DNA of 50,247 nucleotides from contig JAPLYH010000051.1 in assembly GCA_026395615.1 (NCBI GenBank), forward strand, positions 6,318-56,564, in the 5' to 3' direction. The notes under the pieces were generated by a model that was not told the DNA's origin, ran no database searches, and saw only the letters and a program-made list of their open reading frames with translations. A program made the position numbers and the translations under genes. The stretch comes from Candidatus Parcubacteria bacterium. GTDB taxonomy: Bacteria; Patescibacteriota; Minisyncoccia; Minisyncoccales; PEYH01. Shown here one piece after another: positions 9,007-18,083 of the stretch (within the stretch, counting starts at the first letter, position 1; each line of letters begins with the position of its first letter).

Positions 9007-10647
9007 CTACTGCTTGTCTGAACCAACCATCTCGGCTTCAAGCGCAGCTATGAGCTCGCCGCCTCGTTGTAGTAAGGCCTTGAGTTCTCCCGCCATAGCG
9101 CTTATTCGCTCTTGCCGAGTAGTTGTCGCCGGCTTCTTTGTTCTGATCCGACCGGAAACTGGTCTAGGCACTGGGACATCTCTTAGCCAGTGAAGCTTAG
9201 ACAGCCCTTCACACTTCTCCTGTGGAACCAACCAGCCCCAATACTTAAACCATGCGTACTGAGCACAACCGACTCTTACGCTACCGAACTTCTTAATCAA
9301 TACTCCGCTCGCTCCGCTCACCAGCCATCCTTCTCCTTCAGGATGTTTTTCCTGCGCTGCAGCACGAAGCGCGGCATATGCTTCGCAACGATTCCCTGGT
9401 AATCCAGCTGGGAAATCTATTGCTTCTCCTCCACTCCTCGCTCCCACCTGTTTACCAGCTGCCTTAGGCACCGGAACGACTCTCAACCAGTAGGTTCTTG
9501 CTCCGCCACCCTGTTCCTTCCTACCCTCTTCTGTAGTAAGCCAACCAGCACTTCTCAATCGCATGAAAAGCTTACTAGCTATTCGTTTTCCGAATCGTTC
9601 GCGCAAAACTCCGCTTGCCCTGCACACCAACCATCCTCCTTCAGGATGTTCTTCTTTTGCAGCAGCAAGAAGTATTGCATACGCCTCACGGTATTTCTCT
9701 GGTAGGTCAATAGGAGAATCCTTTACTTCTCCTATATCTCTTGGTTCCGTTCTTGGTTCCGTTCTTGGTTCCGTTCTTGGTTCCGTTCTTGGTTCCGTTC
9801 TTGGTTCCGTTCTTGGTTCCGCCCGCTTACCAGCTGTCTTAGATACTGGAACGTCCCTAAGCCAGTGGTCTTTACCTCTGCTTCCTTCTGCGTTCTTTGT
9901 TTCTTCTGAGGTCAACCAACCATTTCCCTTAAACCAGGCATAGTAGGTTGAAAACCCTTTACGGCCAAACTTACCAACCAAAACGCCCAATGCTCTTGGT
10001 ACTATCCATCCCCCTTCGGGATGTTTTCCTTGCGCTGCGGCACGAAGTGCGGCATATGCTTCACGGTATTTCTCCGGCAGACCAGCAGGAAAGTCACCTT
10101 CAATCGGATGAATCGACTGCCGTTGAACCACCGGAGTGATTGGTGAAACAGCTGGTGTTGTTGGTTTCTTGACAGCAAGAGCAGCCAGCTTACGTGGTAG
10201 AGCCAACTCTGGCATCTTTTCTGCTGTCGCTCGTGCCGAAGGTTGCAACCCAATTCCACTCAATTCTCGTAGTGATCTCTCTTGATGTAACGTCTCTATT
10301 CCCCTTGAACAAAGATGAGTTCCTCTGCCAGCAGGCCTCCTCTTAGCATTGACTGCTTCTCCTTCTCTTCTCCTCGGTCGTTCCGCATCGTCTGCGAATA
10401 GATTCACATTCGGTCTGTCTTGCCAAAGCCATCCAGTATCGCCTCTGATTCTTGCTGCTCTTGAGTGAATCTGGTAGGCCTCTTTGACCTCGGAAAGACT
10501 GACCGTAGGATGTTGATCTACTACTGCCGCCAACAAAGAATTCAGTGAAGCGTGGCTAATGCCGTCGCCCTTTACCCCGAGGATTAGCTGTTTGAATGAC
10601 TCATAGCCATCCAACTTAACTATCCCCACTCCCGTTCCGTTTCCCAT
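9007..10647 (-). CDS. GC-rich repeat protein of unknown function (three ~100-aa internal repeats plus an (EPRT)n linker)
   Basis: ATG at 10647 lies 7 nt after GAGGAGGG (10655-10662). The 546-aa product carries three copies of FPAGLPEKYREAYAALRAAAQ.KHPEGGW...GWL...HWLRDVPV and a C-terminal helical tail. It is clearly more GC-rich than its flanks. Confidence 0.7.
   Translation of the reverse strand: MGNGTGVGIVKLDGYESFKQLILGVKGDGISHASLNSLLAAVVDQHPTVSLSEVKEAYQIHSRAARIRGDTGWLWQDRPNVNLFADDAERPRRREGEAVNAKRRPAGRGTHLCSRGIETLHQERSLRELSGIGLQPSARATAEKMPELALPRKLAALAVKKPTTPAVSPITPVVQRQSIHPIEGDFPAGLPEKYREAYAALRAAAQGKHPEGGWIVPRALGVLVGKFGRKGFSTYYAWFKGNGWLTSEETKNAEGSRGKDHWLRDVPVSKTAGKRAEPRTEPRTEPRTEPRTEPRTEPRTEPRDIGEVKDSPIDLPEKYREAYAILLAAAKEEHPEGGWLVCRASGVLRERFGKRIASKLFMRLRSAGWLTTEEGRKEQGGGARTYWLRVVPVPKAAGKQVGARSGGEAIDFPAGLPGNRCEAYAALRAAAQEKHPEGEGWLVSGASGVLIKKFGSVRVGCAQYAWFKYWGWLVPQEKCEGLSKLHWLRDVPVPRPVSGRIRTKKPATTTRQERISAMAGELKALLQRGGELIAALEAEMVGSDKQ
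9743..9826. repeat. 12-bp tandem repeat ggttccgttctt, about 7 units
   Basis: Six perfect units plus a diverged seventh. It encodes EPRTEPRT... inside the 9007-10647 gene. Confidence 0.95.
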
Positions 10648-10736
10648 TTTACATCCCTCCTCTCGTTCTTGAGATTTGCTCTTGGCTTGCCGTTGATTCA
10701 GACATAAATTGGCAAAGAGCAAAAGAACATATTTTG

Positions 10737-10765
10737 AATTTAGTATTATTATGTCTAAGTGTCAA
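10737..10765 (-). promoter_or_regulatory. sigma70-like promoter for the GC-rich repeat-protein gene
   Basis: Minus strand reads TTGACA (10765-10760), 17 nt, TAAATT (10742-10737), about 90 nt upstream of the ATG. Confidence 0.5.
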
Positions 10766-10821
10766 CGATTAAAACATTTCACTAATAAAAATTATCATTA
10801 AAATATTTATGTTCTCGACTT

Positions 10822-10848
10822 AAAAACCCTCGTGAACAGAGGGTTTTT
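10822..10848 (-). terminator. hairpin terminator after tRNA-Gln
   Basis: aaaaaccctc-gtgaaca-gagggttttt is a perfect stem flanked by A and T runs, so it could act in both directions. Confidence 0.6.
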
Positions 10849-10856
10849 AGTATCAT

Positions 10857-10928
10857 TTGCGGGGCTAGGATTCGAACCTAGAATAGTCGCCTTCAAAGGG
10901 CGATGTCCTACCGTTAGACGACCCCGCA
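10857..10928 (-). tRNA. tRNA-Gln (anticodon TTG)
   Basis: Manual cloverleaf: acceptor TGCGGGG/CCCCGCA with U1-A72, anticodon loop CTTTGAA, T-arm CTAGG-TTCGAAT-CCTAG. No encoded CCA. Confidence 0.9.
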
Positions 10929-10952
10929 GAGTTAATCACTAATCATTTATCA

Positions 10953-12065
10953 TTAATCGCCGATTATTTCAAGGATTGCCAATTCTAATGGCAATTGGGG
11001 AATCGGAGAATATTTAATCTTATTTTGTGCTTCTAAAAATAATTTAAGCGCCTTCCTTATTTCAGGCTCCTTGAATTTTAAAGATTGTTCTTTTAGTTCT
11101 TTCTTCACTTCTTCGGTCAAATTACGAAAAATCGGATTTTCCAAATCAGGGCTTATTTTAAAAATCAACGCTTGACGCAAATATTCAACAATCGCTTTTA
11201 CTAATTCCGAAGGATCCAGTCCTTTCTCAATTATTTCATTCAAAAAATCAACCGCCTTTCCCGCATTTTTTTGAAAAATCAAATCAATTAACTTGGTTAT
11301 CAAGCTTATATCAATTATGCCTAATAATGTTTTCACATCTTCTTCTAAAATTTCTTTTTTATCGTCTTTATCAGAAACCTTGCTAAAACTTAAAACTTGG
11401 TCAAGTAAAACCTCGGCATTTCTGACTGCCCCATCCGCATTCATAACTATAAGCTCTAACGCGGATTTTTCTATTTTTATTTTCTCTTTTTTAACGATTG
11501 CTTCCAATTTGCTCATTATCTCTGACGCTGAAAGTTTTTTAAAATCAAACCTCTGACATCTTGAGCTGATTGTGGAAATCATTTTATGGGCTTCCGTGGT
11601 GGCTAGTATAAATACCGCAAATGAAGGCGGCTCTTCAAGCATCTTAAGTAAAGCGTTAGCCGCATCTTTTGAAAGCTGATGACTTTCATCAATAATAAAA
11701 ACCTTATATTTCATCCGCGTTGGAGAAAATCTAATTCCCTCTTTCAATTCCCTGATATCATCTATTCCTCTGTTTGAAGCAGCGTCAATCTCCACCAAAT
11801 CAATCGCCCTTCCGCTATTTATTTCCATACAGGACTGACATTTATTACAGGGCTCAAAGCCCTGAAGATTTTCACAATTTATGGCTTTCGCCAATAACCG
11901 AGCAACTGTTGTTTTCCCTGAACCCTTTGGACCGGAAAACAAATAACAATGAGATAAAGAATCGTTTTTTATCTCATTAGTTATCGTTCTTATTACATGT
12001 TCCTGACCTACCATCTCTGAAAAGCTTTTCGGTCTATATTTGCGATATAAAACTAAATTAACCAT
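10953..12065 (-). CDS. dnaX: DNA polymerase III subunit gamma/tau
   Basis: Walker A GPKGSGKTT, zinc module CENLQGFEPCNKCQSC, DEAD-like FIIDESHQLS and sensor SRCQRF. Confidence 0.9.
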   Translation of the reverse strand: MVNLVLYRKYRPKSFSEMVGQEHVIRTITNEIKNDSLSHCYLFSGPKGSGKTTVARLLAKAINCENLQGFEPCNKCQSCMEINSGRAIDLVEIDAASNRGIDDIRELKEGIRFSPTRMKYKVFIIDESHQLSKDAANALLKMLEEPPSFAVFILATTEAHKMISTISSRCQRFDFKKLSASEIMSKLEAIVKKEKIKIEKSALELIVMNADGAVRNAEVLLDQVLSFSKVSDKDDKKEILEEDVKTLLGIIDISLITKLIDLIFQKNAGKAVDFLNEIIEKGLDPSELVKAIVEYLRQALIFKISPDLENPIFRNLTEEVKKELKEQSLKFKEPEIRKALKLFLEAQNKIKYSPIPQLPLELAILEIIGD

Positions 12066-12071
12066 AATCCT

Positions 12072-12812
12072 TTATTTGGAAATTAATAAAACAAACAGGT
12101 AAATAGTAGCGAATTTTGCAATTTCTGTGCCAATTTTTTTAATTTCTGGCCACGCTTCCAGGTTCTTCCTATATTTAATAGTTCCAAATACTCCGATAAC
12201 ACCCGCAGCAACAATTATCCACTGATAAGTATTATTGAATATGATAACAGAAAATAAACTTGTCAAGAATAATAGCGCGAAACTTACCGTAAGCAAATAG
12301 AAAATTTTATTCTTCAATAATTTATAACTAACATCTTGATCTGCAATAGAGTGAACTAATTCTGCACACATTGAAGCAATAAAAAGAACAATAATACTCA
12401 TCCAATTAACAGACGCTGCAAATGCCCAATAAACGATCATTGAGCATATAACAGATAAATAAACATTTTTAAACAATCCTATATTTTTCAATTTCAGATT
12501 GTAAAGAGCAATTAAAACCGTGAATATTAACGCAAAAATTAAATTATATCCGATAGTAAGACATAGGCCTAATAGAATCAGCATAAAAGTTAATCCTTGT
12601 AAGGATTTATGGGACAAAGACATATTTCTGTCTTTATCTATCCAGTCATTCATCAAAAGCAGGCCTATTGTTATAAACATCCACCCAGTAATGGGCTTGA
12701 GAATATAAAGAAAGTTGGCATTAGAATCAATTAAGGCGAATAAAATCGGAATCAAAACAGTAGAGAGATATTCTAATCTATACAAAGTATCTCCGTGATA
12801 TTCTTTGAGCAT
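12072..12812 (-). CDS. polytopic membrane protein, tentatively UbiA-like prenyltransferase
   Basis: 246 aa with about 8 TM helices. The Asp-rich loop NDWIDKDRN resembles UbiA motif 1. It is adjacent to a GtrA-like gene. Confidence 0.4.
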   Translation of the reverse strand: MLKEYHGDTLYRLEYLSTVLIPILFALIDSNANFLYILKPITGWMFITIGLLLMNDWIDKDRNMSLSHKSLQGLTFMLILLGLCLTIGYNLIFALIFTVLIALYNLKLKNIGLFKNVYLSVICSMIVYWAFAASVNWMSIIVLFIASMCAELVHSIADQDVSYKLLKNKIFYLLTVSFALLFLTSLFSVIIFNNTYQWIIVAAGVIGVFGTIKYRKNLEAWPEIKKIGTEIAKFATIYLFVLLISK

Positions 12813-12818
12813 TTTATT

Positions 12819-13448
12819 TTATTTCTTAAATACAAAGAATTTATAACCCAAGAAATTCCACATAAAGCCAACCAAAACTCCGATAAACGGCGCGATTATT
12901 CCTGCCAGAACATTACTGGAAACTCCGGCGCTTGAACCAACCATACGGACAATTAATGAAGCGATTCCAACATTAAGCAGAGCGCCAACTCCTGTAATGA
13001 GATAAAATCCAGCAAACTCTTTTCCTTTTACTTTACCGCCTTTTTCAAATGTCCAAGATTTATTCCAAAAATAACTGTTAGTGGCAGCGAATGAGAATGA
13101 TATAAATTTAAAAAATGCGTACAAAGCGATTGTCTGTCCGGCATCTATCTTGCTTACCCATAAAAGAAAACCCAGCACTCCAAAATCAATAAAAGTATTT
13201 AGGGCACCAACAAGAACAAATCTTGCAAGCTGCCAGATAACCTTAATCTTTTTTGCGAGTTTATCCACTATAAACAATCCTGCTAAGATTATAAATGGCA
13301 AAATAATCGGCAATAGGAAAAAATAACCAAACTTAAATCCTTGCCATTTGCTTAAAATATCATGCTCAAGATTTTTAATTGTTGGCAATGCCAAAAGTCC
13401 TATTAAAAAACCGATTATCGCACCTAATTTAATATCTCTTTTTGTCAT
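12819..13448 (-). CDS. GtrA-family membrane protein
   Basis: ARFVLVGALNTFIDFGVLGFLL and NFLGYKFFVF are typical of GtrA-like proteins. 209 aa. Confidence 0.7.
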   Translation of the reverse strand: MTKRDIKLGAIIGFLIGLLALPTIKNLEHDILSKWQGFKFGYFFLLPIILPFIILAGLFIVDKLAKKIKVIWQLARFVLVGALNTFIDFGVLGFLLWVSKIDAGQTIALYAFFKFISFSFAATNSYFWNKSWTFEKGGKVKGKEFAGFYLITGVGALLNVGIASLIVRMVGSSAGVSSNVLAGIIAPFIGVLVGFMWNFLGYKFFVFKK

Positions 13449-13505
13449 AATAAAAGATTAATGATTACTTAATATTATCAGAAACCCTATTTATTGCCAA
13501 GCTAG

Positions 13506-13538
13506 AAATTACGCGGCCGGGGAGCGTGGGACAGAAAT
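13506..13538 (+). repeat. R element, long variant (copy R1)
   Basis: aaattacgcggccggggagcgtgggacagaaat. It is homologous over about 55 nt to the copy at 33759-33791 on the minus strand. Confidence 0.8.
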
Positions 13539-13556
13539 GGAATTTTATGGTCTAAT
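13528..13556 (+). promoter_or_regulatory. promoter-like -35/-10 pair carried by R1
   Basis: GGGACA, 17 nt, TCTAAT. The same arrangement (GGGACA-17-TATAAT) occurs in the 33759 copy. Confidence 0.35.
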
Positions 13557-13633
13557 ATATCACTCATATATCGAGCAGATATCTTAATACCATAACATAT
13601 CACAACAAGTTTGAGTAAAAACCAGAAATGTTC

Positions 13634-13657
13634 ACTACGATGCCGGGTGGCGTAATT
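13634..13657 (+). repeat. R element core (copy R2)
   Basis: actacgatgccgggtggcgtaatt followed by ttttt. It sits between 15-nt direct repeats aagtttgagtaaaaa at 13607-13621 and 13693-13707. Confidence 0.85.
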
Positions 13658-13696
13658 TTTGGAGATTTTTGAAAGAAAGGATATGGATATAAAAGT

Positions 13697-13725
13697 TTGA
13701 GTAAAAAGCGGAAATATATTAGAAT
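13697..13725 (+). promoter_or_regulatory. proximal sigma70-like promoter of cysS
   Basis: TTGAGT, 17 nt, TAGAAT, 31 nt upstream of the cysS ATG. Confidence 0.45.
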
Positions 13726-13756
13726 AAACTAATAACGAAAACAAATAATAATAAGA

Positions 13757-15157
13757 ATGATTAAAGTATATAATTCCCTAAGCAAAAAAGAAGAGATATT
13801 TAAACCCTTAAAAGATAAAAAGGTTGCTTTTTATGTATGCGGGCCAACTGTTTACGGTCCCGGACATATTGGGCATGCGCGAACATATATTGCCTTTGAT
13901 ATCATCAGAAGATATTTGGAGTATAAGGGCTATGATGTGAGATACGCGATGAATATAACCGATATTCATGATGATATTATCACGGCAGCTCAAATGCAAA
14001 AAACCGATATTTTCACTTTAGGAAATAAGTACACAAAAATGTTTTTACATGACCAAAATAATTTGGGTATTAAAAAGGCAAATTTTTATCCAAGGGTAAC
14101 AGAAAACATAAAAGAGATTATAAAATTCATTCAAGAACTGGAAGAAAAAGGGTTTGCTTACGAAAAAGATGATTCTGTATATTTTGACGTTTCAAAATTC
14201 AAGGACTATGGAAAACTCTCCGGAATTAAAATCAAAAAAGCAAAAACCGGGACAAGAGTAGAAACAGACAAATACGAGAGAAAAGAAGCCATTGATTTTG
14301 TTTTGTGGAAGAAAGCAAAACCAGGCGAACCATTTTGGGAAAGCCCTTGGGGACAAGGCAGGCCAGGCTGGCATATTGAATGCTCGGTAATGATTAAAAA
14401 ACATTTAGGAGAACAAATAGATATCCACGCTGGAGCAATAGATTTATTATTTCCCCATCATGAAAATGAAATCGCCCAAACAGAAGCGATTGCCAAGAAA
14501 AAACCATTTGTAAAATATTGGCTGCATGGCGGACTTTTAATGATAAATGGACAAAAGATGTCCAAGTCGCTTGGCAATTTTATAACCATAGAACAAGTAT
14601 TAGAAAAATGGGATTCAAGAGTTATAAGAATGTTTGTCGCTTCAAGCCATTATCAAAGCAAATTGAATTGGTCGGAAAGAAATCTCTTACAGGCTAAGAA
14701 AAATCTGGAGAAAATAGAAGAATTTATAGAAAAACTCAAAACGCAAAACGTAAAAGGTAAAACAACAACAAACTCAAAACAGATTGAATCCTTGATAAGA
14801 AAATCAAAGAAAGAATTTGAAGTGGCAATGGATGATAATTTTAATACTCCTGAAGCGCTGGCCGTATTGTTTGAAATGATGAAAAGTATAAATCCCCTAC
14901 TTGATAAAAATAAAATTGATAAAAAACAGGCAAAAGATATACTGGAGTTCTTAAAAAATATTGATAAAATTTTTAATTTCATTTTCCCTGGTAAAAAAGA
15001 AGCAATTCCTGAACAAATAAAAGAATTAGTAAAAAAGAGGGAAAAGTCAAGAAAAGATAAACAATGGCAAAAAGCAGATGAGATTAGAAAACAAATTGAA
15101 CAACTGGGGTTTAATATAAAAGATACGGCCAACGGAACGGAAGTGAAAAAGAGATAG
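13757..15157 (+). CDS. cysS: cysteine--tRNA ligase
   Basis: HIGH motif (GPGHIGHARTY), KMSKS, WHIECS zinc site and a class I CysRS length of 466 aa. Confidence 0.95.
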   Translation: MIKVYNSLSKKEEIFKPLKDKKVAFYVCGPTVYGPGHIGHARTYIAFDIIRRYLEYKGYDVRYAMNITDIHDDIITAAQMQKTDIFTLGNKYTKMFLHDQNNLGIKKANFYPRVTENIKEIIKFIQELEEKGFAYEKDDSVYFDVSKFKDYGKLSGIKIKKAKTGTRVETDKYERKEAIDFVLWKKAKPGEPFWESPWGQGRPGWHIECSVMIKKHLGEQIDIHAGAIDLLFPHHENEIAQTEAIAKKKPFVKYWLHGGLLMINGQKMSKSLGNFITIEQVLEKWDSRVIRMFVASSHYQSKLNWSERNLLQAKKNLEKIEEFIEKLKTQNVKGKTTTNSKQIESLIRKSKKEFEVAMDDNFNTPEALAVLFEMMKSINPLLDKNKIDKKQAKDILEFLKNIDKIFNFIFPGKKEAIPEQIKELVKKREKSRKDKQWQKADEIRKQIEQLGFNIKDTANGTEVKKR

Positions 15158-15171
15158 AATTATTATCCACA

Positions 15172-15208
15172 GGGCAAAAATGACCGCGCAAAGCGGTCAT
15201 TTTTGCCC
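15172..15208 (+). terminator. 16-bp perfect hairpin after cysS
   Basis: gggcaaaaatgaccgc-gcaaa-gcggtcatttttgccc. The U tract is embedded in the 3' arm, so it is an atypical intrinsic terminator. Confidence 0.55.
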
Positions 15209-15237
15209 CTCTTGCCAAAAATTGGAATTTGGCTAGA

Positions 15238-16653
15238 ATGGAGATAATGGCTGATTACTCAAAAAACAACCAAACTCTGCCCGATAAAACTCCTCCTCAA
15301 AACATTGAGGCTGAGAAATCTTTGCTCGGTAGCTTAATGATCGATAGAAATGCGATTATAAAAGTCGTGGATTTTTTACAACCACGCGATTTTTATAAAA
15401 ACCAACATCAAACAATATACGAATCAATACACGATCTTTTCGACAGAAATCAAGTAATTGATTTCCTATCTTTATCCTCCCGATTACAAGAAAAAGGCAA
15501 ATTAGAGTCAATTGGCGGAAAATCATATCTTACAGAACTCATCAACTCTGTGCCTAATGCAATGCATGTTTTGGATTATGCAAAAATTGTCCAGAAAAAA
15601 AGAATTTTAAGAGATCTTATCCAAACTTCTTATGAAATCGGCAGCATGGGATTCAATGAAGAAGAAGATATTGACATCTTATTAGACAGAGCAGAAAGTC
15701 AGATATTCAACATCGCCCAACGCTCGATGTCCCAACAATTCATTCCGATTAAAAGCGAATTAGAAGGCGCTTTTGAAAGAATAGATAATCTTTCAAAACA
15801 TAAGGGCACGCCACGAGGAGTGCCGACAGGATTTGTTGACTTGGATAAAATACTTTCCGGCCTTCAAAAATCCGACTTGATTATTCTGGCTGCCCGCCCA
15901 TCAATCGGTAAAAGCGGATTGGCTCTGGATATTGCCCGCCACATTGGAGTAAACGAGAAAAAACCAGTCGGAGTTTTTAGCTTGGAAATGTCTAAAGACC
16001 AAGTAATTGACCGTTTTATTGCCAGTCAATCAAATGTTGACCTTTGGAAATTAAGAACAGGTCATCTTTCCGGAGACGGACCTGATAATGATTTTGAAAG
16101 AATCCAGCACGCTCTTGGAGTATTATCAGAAGCTCCCATATTTATAGATGACACTGCTGGGCTTAATATTCTGCAGATGAGAGCAATGGCGAGAAGATTG
16201 CAAGTTCAACATGGATTATCTCTGTTAATAGTTGATTATCTTCAATTAATGGAACCTCGATCTGCTAATATGCAAATGGTTCAACAAATGACAGAAATAT
16301 CCCGTTCGCTTAAGGGATTGGCAAAAGAATTGGAAGTTCCTGTTCTTGCTCTGTCCCAACTTTCAAGAGCAGTGGAACAAAGAACTCCATCAATACCAAA
16401 ATTATCCGACCTCCGCGAAACAGGAGCTTTGGAACAGGATGCTGATGTTGTTTTATTCATTTACCGCGAAGATAAATACAGACAAGACACTGCCAGAAAA
16501 AATATTGCTGATATCTTGATTGCAAAACACAGAAACGGCCCTGTTGGCAAGGCCGAGTTGTATTTTGACGAACCTCGAGCAAGTTTCCGAAATCTAGAAA
16601 AAAGAGAATTTGAAGATCCGGGAAATATTGAACTGGAAGATATTCTTTCTTAA
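15238..16653 (+). CDS. dnaB: replicative DNA helicase DnaB
   Basis: PQNIEAEKSLLGSLM N-domain, Walker A ARPSIGKSGLAL, IVDYLQLM and SQLSRAVEQR. ATG at 15238 is preferred over the TTG at 15229 used by the track. Confidence 0.9.
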   Translation: MEIMADYSKNNQTLPDKTPPQNIEAEKSLLGSLMIDRNAIIKVVDFLQPRDFYKNQHQTIYESIHDLFDRNQVIDFLSLSSRLQEKGKLESIGGKSYLTELINSVPNAMHVLDYAKIVQKKRILRDLIQTSYEIGSMGFNEEEDIDILLDRAESQIFNIAQRSMSQQFIPIKSELEGAFERIDNLSKHKGTPRGVPTGFVDLDKILSGLQKSDLIILAARPSIGKSGLALDIARHIGVNEKKPVGVFSLEMSKDQVIDRFIASQSNVDLWKLRTGHLSGDGPDNDFERIQHALGVLSEAPIFIDDTAGLNILQMRAMARRLQVQHGLSLLIVDYLQLMEPRSANMQMVQQMTEISRSLKGLAKELEVPVLALSQLSRAVEQRTPSIPKLSDLRETGALEQDADVVLFIYREDKYRQDTARKNIADILIAKHRNGPVGKAELYFDEPRASFRNLEKREFEDPGNIELEDILS

Positions 16654-16661
16654 TCTTCTGT

Positions 16662-16976
16662 CTACACTTCCGGAATCTCTTTGATTTCAACTAAAGTATA
16701 AAACTGGCGATGTCCTTTTGTAAGCTTATATCTCTTCTTCGGGCTATATTTAAAGGCGATAACTTTCTTGCCTTTTTTTGTTTCCAAAACCTTTGCCTGG
16801 ACTGTGGCATTTTTCACAAAAGGAGTGCCAATGCTTAATTTTTTATTTCTTTCCAATAATAAAACCTCATCAAAGATAACTTCTTCGTTATCCTTTTTAT
16901 CTAATTTCTCTATTTTTATTTTATCGCCGGGTTTAACAAGATACTGTTTCCCGCCGGTCTTGATTACTGCCAACAT
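16662..16976 (-). CDS. rplU: 50S ribosomal protein L21
   Basis: MLAVIKTGGKQYLVKPGDKIKIEKL... at 104 aa. Confidence 0.9.
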   Translation of the reverse strand: MLAVIKTGGKQYLVKPGDKIKIEKLDKKDNEEVIFDEVLLLERNKKLSIGTPFVKNATVQAKVLETKKGKKVIAFKYSPKKRYKLTKGHRQFYTLVEIKEIPEV

Positions 16977-17007
16977 ATTTTATTAATCATTAATTATTAA
17001 TCATTTA

Positions 17008-18010
17008 TCATTTATCATTATCTTCAGCTGGTAATTGTTTTTCTTCCGGCGAATTGTCTAATAATCTCTCTACCCTATCGCCGAATAAAGAAAGCCGTTT
17101 TTCCGAATTATCATAAGATGATAAAGCATTTTTTAAGTGGCTTCCTAATTTCCTGAAATCATCCATTATCTTTTTGCCATCTTGCTGGACTTTTGTCAAT
17201 CGTTTTAAGATATCTTGGGTCTTTTTTGTTATTTGAACATCTTTATACCAATGATTCACAGCAGAAAGAGTCAACAAGATATTATTCGGTGAAGCCAAAA
17301 TTATTTTCTTAGAACGGGCATATCTTGCCAAATCCTCTTCCCTCATCATTGTTATTTCATAATATACCGCTTCAGCGGGAATATACATAATCGCCTGGTC
17401 GGTTGTCCCTTCTGATGGCAAAATATATTTTGAAGCAATTTCTTGAATTTTCAGCTTGGTATCTTCTATAAATTTTTTACGAAAGAGCTTTTTATCCTCT
17501 TCGCTCTCCGATTCAACCATTTTTCTGTAATTATCATAGGAAAATTTCGCATCTATCGGAAGAATCCTGCCATTCGGAAGTTTTAAAGCCACATCTACTT
17601 GCTCTCCTGAAGAAAATAAATGCTGCGTTGTATAAAGTTCTTTTGGGAAATACTCATTCAAAATATGTTCCAAACTTTCTTCTCCCCACTCTCCTCTTAA
17701 TTTCGGCGACCTGAATATTTCTTGAAAAGATGAAATACTTTTCATCACTTCCTGAACCTGCTTCATATCTTCGCGAATCTGGACAGTTTCTTTGGTAAAC
17801 GAAGAAATCTGCTGATTCATCGCCTTAGAGGTTCCATCAACACTCCCTCTTATTTCTTTTAATTGCCCAGTCATCAAGTCTGTAATCCGTCTTTCAAGGT
17901 CTCTTATTTTATCACTCTGATTTTCATCAACATCTTTTTTCCAAAAGAATAAGGCCTAATGGTCCGATAATCGCGACTATTAAAAAAAATACTAATAAAA
18001 TATCGCTCAT
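17008..18010 (-). pseudogene. rmuC: DNA recombination protein RmuC, N-terminal anchor separated by a 1-nt frameshift in an A6 run
   Basis: The main ORF carries PKLRGEWGEESLEHIL and the RmuC nuclease core. ATG at 18010 opens MSDILLVFFLIVAIIGPLGLILLEKR, which stops after the run at 17935-17940. Removing one base continues ...LLEKDVDENQSDKIRDLERRITDLMTGQLKE in frame. Confidence 0.7.
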
Positions 18011-18083
18011 ATCTCCACTGATATTAACATTTCAAAACCAAAAAAGCAAGAACCGTTAGATTCTAACATTTTTACAATTTATG

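Noticed and set aside
10648-10722. The upstream extension of the island A ORF (track start at 10722, MLFANLCLNQ...).
   Set aside because: The ATG at 10647 has a strong, correctly spaced GAGGAGGG. The extension would start at a non-ATG codon inside the 5' UTR.
10723-10952. An integrase or prophage remnant at tRNA-Gln, tRNA-Val or tRNA-Trp.
   Set aside because: No integrase, transposase or phage-like ORF, and no tRNA 3'-end direct repeat, could be found next to any of these tRNAs. Only the promoter-gene-terminator cassettes described above are present.
13502-13744. The 80-aa ORF at 13502-13744 and the 66-aa ORF at 33067-33267.
   Set aside because: They run through R elements, promoters and a gene end in AT-rich spacers. 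There is no RBS and the composition is implausible.
13506-13756. A T-box riboswitch in the cysS leader, because GCCGGGTGGCG recalls the GGGUGG of the T-box sequence.
   Set aside because: The same motif recurs upstream of non-aaRS genes (rplJ, DJ-1 family, island D). I could not identify a Stem I specifier loop with a Cys codon, an AGAGA box or the full T-box consensus.
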